From contig JAYWGM010000101.1 in the NCBI GenBank assembly GCA_043778225.1, forward strand, positions 74,760 to 138,759: a stretch of DNA of 64,000 nucleotides, read 5' to 3'. The translations under genes and the position numbers were made by a program. The stretch is from Deinococcales bacterium. GTDB lineage: Bacteria; Deinococcota; Deinococci; Deinococcales; JAAFIG01. Positions 61,288-64,000 of this stretch are shown here, piece by piece; the first letter of the stretch is position 1, and the number at the start of each line of letters is the position of its first letter. The notes under the pieces were generated by a model. That model saw only the letters and a list, made by a program, of their open reading frames with translations, was not told the origin of the DNA and ran no database searches.

Positions 61288-61674
61288 TTAGCTTGGCGTT
61301 AAATTGGTTTCTATTGAACGTCCACCTTGCTTAGGAACAAGCGAAATATGTAATTCAAAATCAAGGGCTTGGGCAAGACGGGCTAAAGTCCGCAGTTCTA
61401 CGTGTCCGCTTGATTGTTCGATTTGTACAAGCTGAGGATGTTTCATGCCAGCATTCGCTGCTGCTTCCCGAAGCGTAAATCCACTTTGCTGACGGGCTGT
61501 AACAATCAGTTCTTTAAGGTTAGCGGCAAAGATAATTTCTTCGACCATGGTGTCAATCTCTGTTGTATCTGTGGTGGCTTTTGGTAAATTCTTAGCGACT
61601 TTTTTCCGACGAATTGGTTGTTTATGTGGCAATTGAGCAAGTTGAGCAAGAGCTAGTTCGGGTGTAATTTTCAT
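61288..61674 (-). CDS. XRE HTH antitoxin
   Basis: ARQQSGFTLREAA...GMKHPQL..IE......LRTL.RLA.AL...L.I.L; GGAGG RBS. Confidence 0.8.
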   Translation of the reverse strand: MKITPELALAQLAQLPHKQPIRRKKVAKNLPKATTDTTEIDTMVEEIIFAANLKELIVTARQQSGFTLREAAANAGMKHPQLVQIEQSSGHVELRTLARLAQALDFELHISLVPKQGGRSIETNLTPS

Positions 61675-61702
61675 AATCTGACCTCCAAAGTCACGGCTTG
61701 AG

Positions 61703-62116
61703 TTAATTCTTGGTGGTGCGTTTAAGTGCTTGGGTTGGTGGAAAAACCTCATAACCTTCCATCCAATGCCAAGCAATAAAAGCAGTTCGTTTAAGCAATT
61801 CGAGATTGGTCGTAACACCTGTTTTGACTTCGGCTGCACAAATATGAAATTCTTGGTCATCGGCACGATACAAATAAATTCTTGCACCACCAGCTTCGCC
61901 ACCACGACTTCTGGTTTTCAACTCGAGAATTGGATAGCCCGTAATGCCATTCAAGTAACGACTTTGCGTACCGTTAATCAAAAGGTCTTTGAGCATTTTG
62001 CCAATGGCTCGCATTCCAAGTAATTTTCGAGATTCAGCAAGGGTTCTCATATCGGTTATAAACGGTGGTTCATCCCCGAGTTTTTCTGGATTGCAAGGAT
62101 AACGGATGATAGCCAC
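61703..62116 (-). CDS. RelE/HigB (Gp49-like) toxin
   Basis: ILELKT....GGARIY, I...EVK; toxin-first order with the HTH gene; TTGACA-18-TACACT 6 nt before GTG. Confidence 0.65.
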   Translation of the reverse strand: MAIIRYPCNPEKLGDEPPFITDMRTLAESRKLLGMRAIGKMLKDLLINGTQSRYLNGITGYPILELKTRSRGGEAGGARIYLYRADDQEFHICAAEVKTGVTTNLELLKRTAFIAWHWMEGYEVFPPTQALKRTTKN

Positions 62117-62177
62117 ACAAATAGTGTAAAGCCAAAATCTTTGGTATGTCAAGGCTTACCAAAAAATCAATGAAACT

Positions 62178-62231
62178 AGTTTAGCAAGAGTTCTCGAGGC
62201 GGCGAGGGTACTGCAAAATGCCATAAGATAA
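62178..62231 (+). repeat. TA-array delimiter repeat, copy R3
   Basis: AGTTTAGCAAGAGTTCTCGAGGCGGCGAGGGTACTGCAAAATGCCATAAGATAA. Confidence 0.85.
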
Positions 62232-62267
62232 TGCTTATTACACCATGACATTACGAAGTTTAATACG

Positions 62268-62656
62268 CTAAGGCAGTAAATTAAAATGCGTGAAACCTTG
62301 TGGTTTGACCAAAGAAAAATGCCTACGGTCAAATGTCAAAATGCTTTGGATTTTATGGCGTTCGGCTAATGCCATCACGCTTGCGTCCACAAAACTAAGT
62401 GGAACACTGGGGTATTGTTTCATAATGGCATTGGCTCGCTCGAGGTCAAGGTCATCGAAAATGAAAGTTGGTAATTCTTTATTTGCTAAACTGCTCATAA
62501 AAGCCCGAGCCGCAAATGCACCCATGTATTTGGTTGCAAGGTAATCTACCTCGGGCAGTATGGTCATAGGCACAATCAGGTTTTCATTTCAAAATGATGC
62601 ACGTCTTTTTTGTTCAAAATAGCCAGTACCGCGTTTGTGTCGAGTAAAATATTCAT
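62268..62656 (-). pseudogene. PIN/VapC toxin, frameshifted
   Basis: ATG at 62656 gives MNILLDTNAVLAILNKKDVHHFEMKT*; another frame continues ENLIVPMTILPE...SFVDAS...TFDRRHF; the 389-nt span is not a multiple of 3. Confidence 0.85.
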
Positions 62657-62862
62657 TTGGGTTCGTCTTGAAAGAGCAATTCTTCATCGCGTTCAGACAA
62701 ATCCGTGATTTCAGACTCACCGATACCAAACCAACTCAGGGTTTTCTTATTGGCTTCCAGTGGCTGTTGTAATTGCAAATCAGATGATAATAAACGCACC
62801 AATTCGACTTGCTCGAGGTACGATAATTGCTTGGCTTGGATTTGAAGTTCAGCAACACTCAT
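62653..62862 (-). CDS. Putative VapB-like antitoxin
   Basis: Small acidic protein ending GIGES...DLSER.EELL; ATGA overlap with the PIN gene. Confidence 0.7.
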   Translation of the reverse strand: MSVAELQIQAKQLSYLEQVELVRLLSSDLQLQQPLEANKKTLSWFGIGESEITDLSERDEELLFQDEPK

Positions 62863-62897
62863 TGGGTCAGTATAGCCGAAAAACAATTTGGGTTCAT

Positions 62898-62985
62898 CTC
62901 GAGAATATCAGAGGTGCGAAGCCACAAAGTACGCCAGTGCCAGTTTAGCAAGGGTTCTCGAGGTGGTAAGGGTTTTACAAGATAG
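62898..62985 (+). repeat. TA-array delimiter repeat, copy R4
   Basis: CTCGAGAATATCAGAGG...GCCAGTGCCAGTTTAGCAAGGGTTCTCGAGGTGG...ACAAGATAG. Confidence 0.9.
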
Positions 62986-63041
62986 GGCGAAATGATTTTT
63001 AAGAAGCGCTAAAGAACATTTGTTTTGTGCTATACTGTTCG

Positions 63042-63180
63042 TATCGCGGTCGAACCCAGAGTTGCTGCAAGGCAGAACACTTCGACGCTCGCCCCCCGCC
63101 TTTATTGGTGGTCGGGTTTCTAGCCAGGACTGGAATACAAAAAGAAGCAGGGGGAAAAGCAGCCTTTTGGGTTGCTTTTT
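63042..63180 (+). ncRNA. Candidate structured small RNA convergent with the 182-aa gene
   Basis: Extended -10 TGcTATACT (63028-63036); nested stems GTCGAA/TTCGAC, CTGC/GCAG, CCGCC/GGTGG; terminator AAAAGCAGCC/GGTTGCTTTT. Confidence 0.6.
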
Positions 63181-63182
63181 CG

Positions 63183-63731
63183 TTAATACCTTTTGTGAAT
63201 GCGTTTACCTTGATTGGTTGCGTGAAGCAGCTTGAAAAAACCAAAATGGTTGGTGCGGTCTAATTTAGGGCGTTCGTTGCTGTTGGGGTCACGTTCATAG
63301 GCACTTTTGATGATGAGTACAGTCTGTCGTTTGACTTTCACCATATCAAAAAAGATGTCATATTCAACTTTTTGATTCTGCACATCCAGCAACTCGAGGC
63401 GAAAGTACGCACCATCTGGTAGGACATAGAATCGTTTGTTGCTCTCGTCAAATGCTCGGATTAAGTCAGGCAGCAATTTGGAAAGTTCCCATCGTTTTTG
63501 GTTAAAGTACCTATTTTTGATGCCTTCTCGAGAATGGGTTTTGCTGTAGATTGGCATGTTATCTTCGTTGCTTGAATCGGTGAATGTGTGGTCAGTAAAT
63601 GTCACCAAGACCAAGAAGTGTTTTGCAGTAGCGGTTGCTATGGCGATTTGCACAAAAGTATGTTCAAAATCATCCAAATGCGAGAGGTTAAAAACTTGAC
63701 TTTTGTGGGCGTAGGGTGTCCACCTTGTCAT
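63183..63731 (-). CDS. Hypothetical protein, possible RNase-type toxin
   Basis: 182 aa; NLSHL, V.F.DHTFT, R.F...RWELSK.LP, Y.IFF and L.IKSAY motifs; TA-island context. Confidence 0.6.
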   Translation of the reverse strand: MTRWTPYAHKSQVFNLSHLDDFEHTFVQIAIATATAKHFLVLVTFTDHTFTDSSNEDNMPIYSKTHSREGIKNRYFNQKRWELSKLLPDLIRAFDESNKRFYVLPDGAYFRLELLDVQNQKVEYDIFFDMVKVKRQTVLIIKSAYERDPNSNERPKLDRTNHFGFFKLLHATNQGKRIHKRY

Positions 63732-63752
63732 TCATTTCACGCTACTCATAAA

Positions 63753-63806
63753 GCCAGTATAGCCAAAAATGAGGTGGCAAGAGTGCTACAAAATGCTTCA
63801 AAGTAA
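63753..63806 (+). repeat. TA-array delimiter repeat, degenerate copy R5
   Basis: GCCAGTATAGC...GAGGTGGCAAGAGTGCTACAAAATGC...AAGTAA; CTCGAG lost. Confidence 0.65.
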
Positions 63807-64000
63807 GGAATATATGTACGGTATGGAAAAGACAAATTGTTTTTCAACGTATAACATAGCGAATGCTGCCTTAGTTTCTGTAAACTGTAGTATGAAAGTT
63901 GCCTTAGAGCGTGTTTATAAAGTGTCAAAACGTCTCAAAATCAACTGAATATTCGCCAAATAAGCCCAAGATTCGGTTGTACTCGGTAAACCCTCAAAGT

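Noticed and set aside
62999..63263. Short ORFs (71-81 aa) overlapping the candidate sRNA
   Set aside because: Non-ATG starts at or upstream of the promoter, no recognisable motifs, and they run through the terminator and overlap the 182-aa gene
60232..63806. Classical integron attC sites
   Set aside because: The repeats lack RYYYAAC/GTTRRRY boxes and long dyad symmetry, there is no intI in the window, and one copy is protein-coding
1..64000. CTCGAG as a cloning or library artefact (XhoI linkers)
   Set aside because: The sites sit in frame inside intact conserved genes, in all three frames, without breaking ORFs
1..64000. rRNA, tRNA, prophage or complete transposase genes
   Set aside because: No recognisable signatures were seen by eye; a tRNAscan or Infernal run would be needed to exclude small RNAs fully

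Overview
A 64 kb chromosomal segment of roughly 48% GC (estimated by eye), most likely from a Deinococcota bacterium. The assignment rests on LysW-pathway lysJ/lysK, a DUF4388-pilT pair, a BrxC protein with a C-terminal extension, and many apparently leaderless starts with a -10 box 5-7 nt before the start codon. Ordinary content: a CheB/CheR-PAS-histidine kinase with two receiver-only proteins, xth, lysJ/lysK, a LacI-regulated beta-mannan/glucoside utilisation locus (13-29.6 kb), gpmA, an orphan HindIII-like methyltransferase, argH, purU, mutY, pilT, amn, FKBP, fba, ROK kinase, dynamin-like GTPase, surE, serA, photolyase, malQ, moaA and several type II toxin-antitoxin (TA) pairs. No rRNA, tRNA, CRISPR array or complete transposase was seen. 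The most unusual signals: (1) the palindrome CTCGAG is massively over-represented (HIP-like) and sits at several apparent rearrangement junctions; (2) the last 4 kb is a cassette-like TA array in which every module is delimited by a copy of a 55-90 bp CTCGAG-centred repeat identical to the 3' end of an HTH gene; (3) one cassette holds a lone 182-aa putative nuclease facing a promoter-driven, structured ~140-nt RNA, a candidate new protein-toxin/RNA-antitoxin system; (4) a permease-permease-acyltransferase-3 triple fusion; (5) recurrent 24-27 bp tandem duplications at gene boundaries. Family calls come from motif recognition only; no database searches were run.
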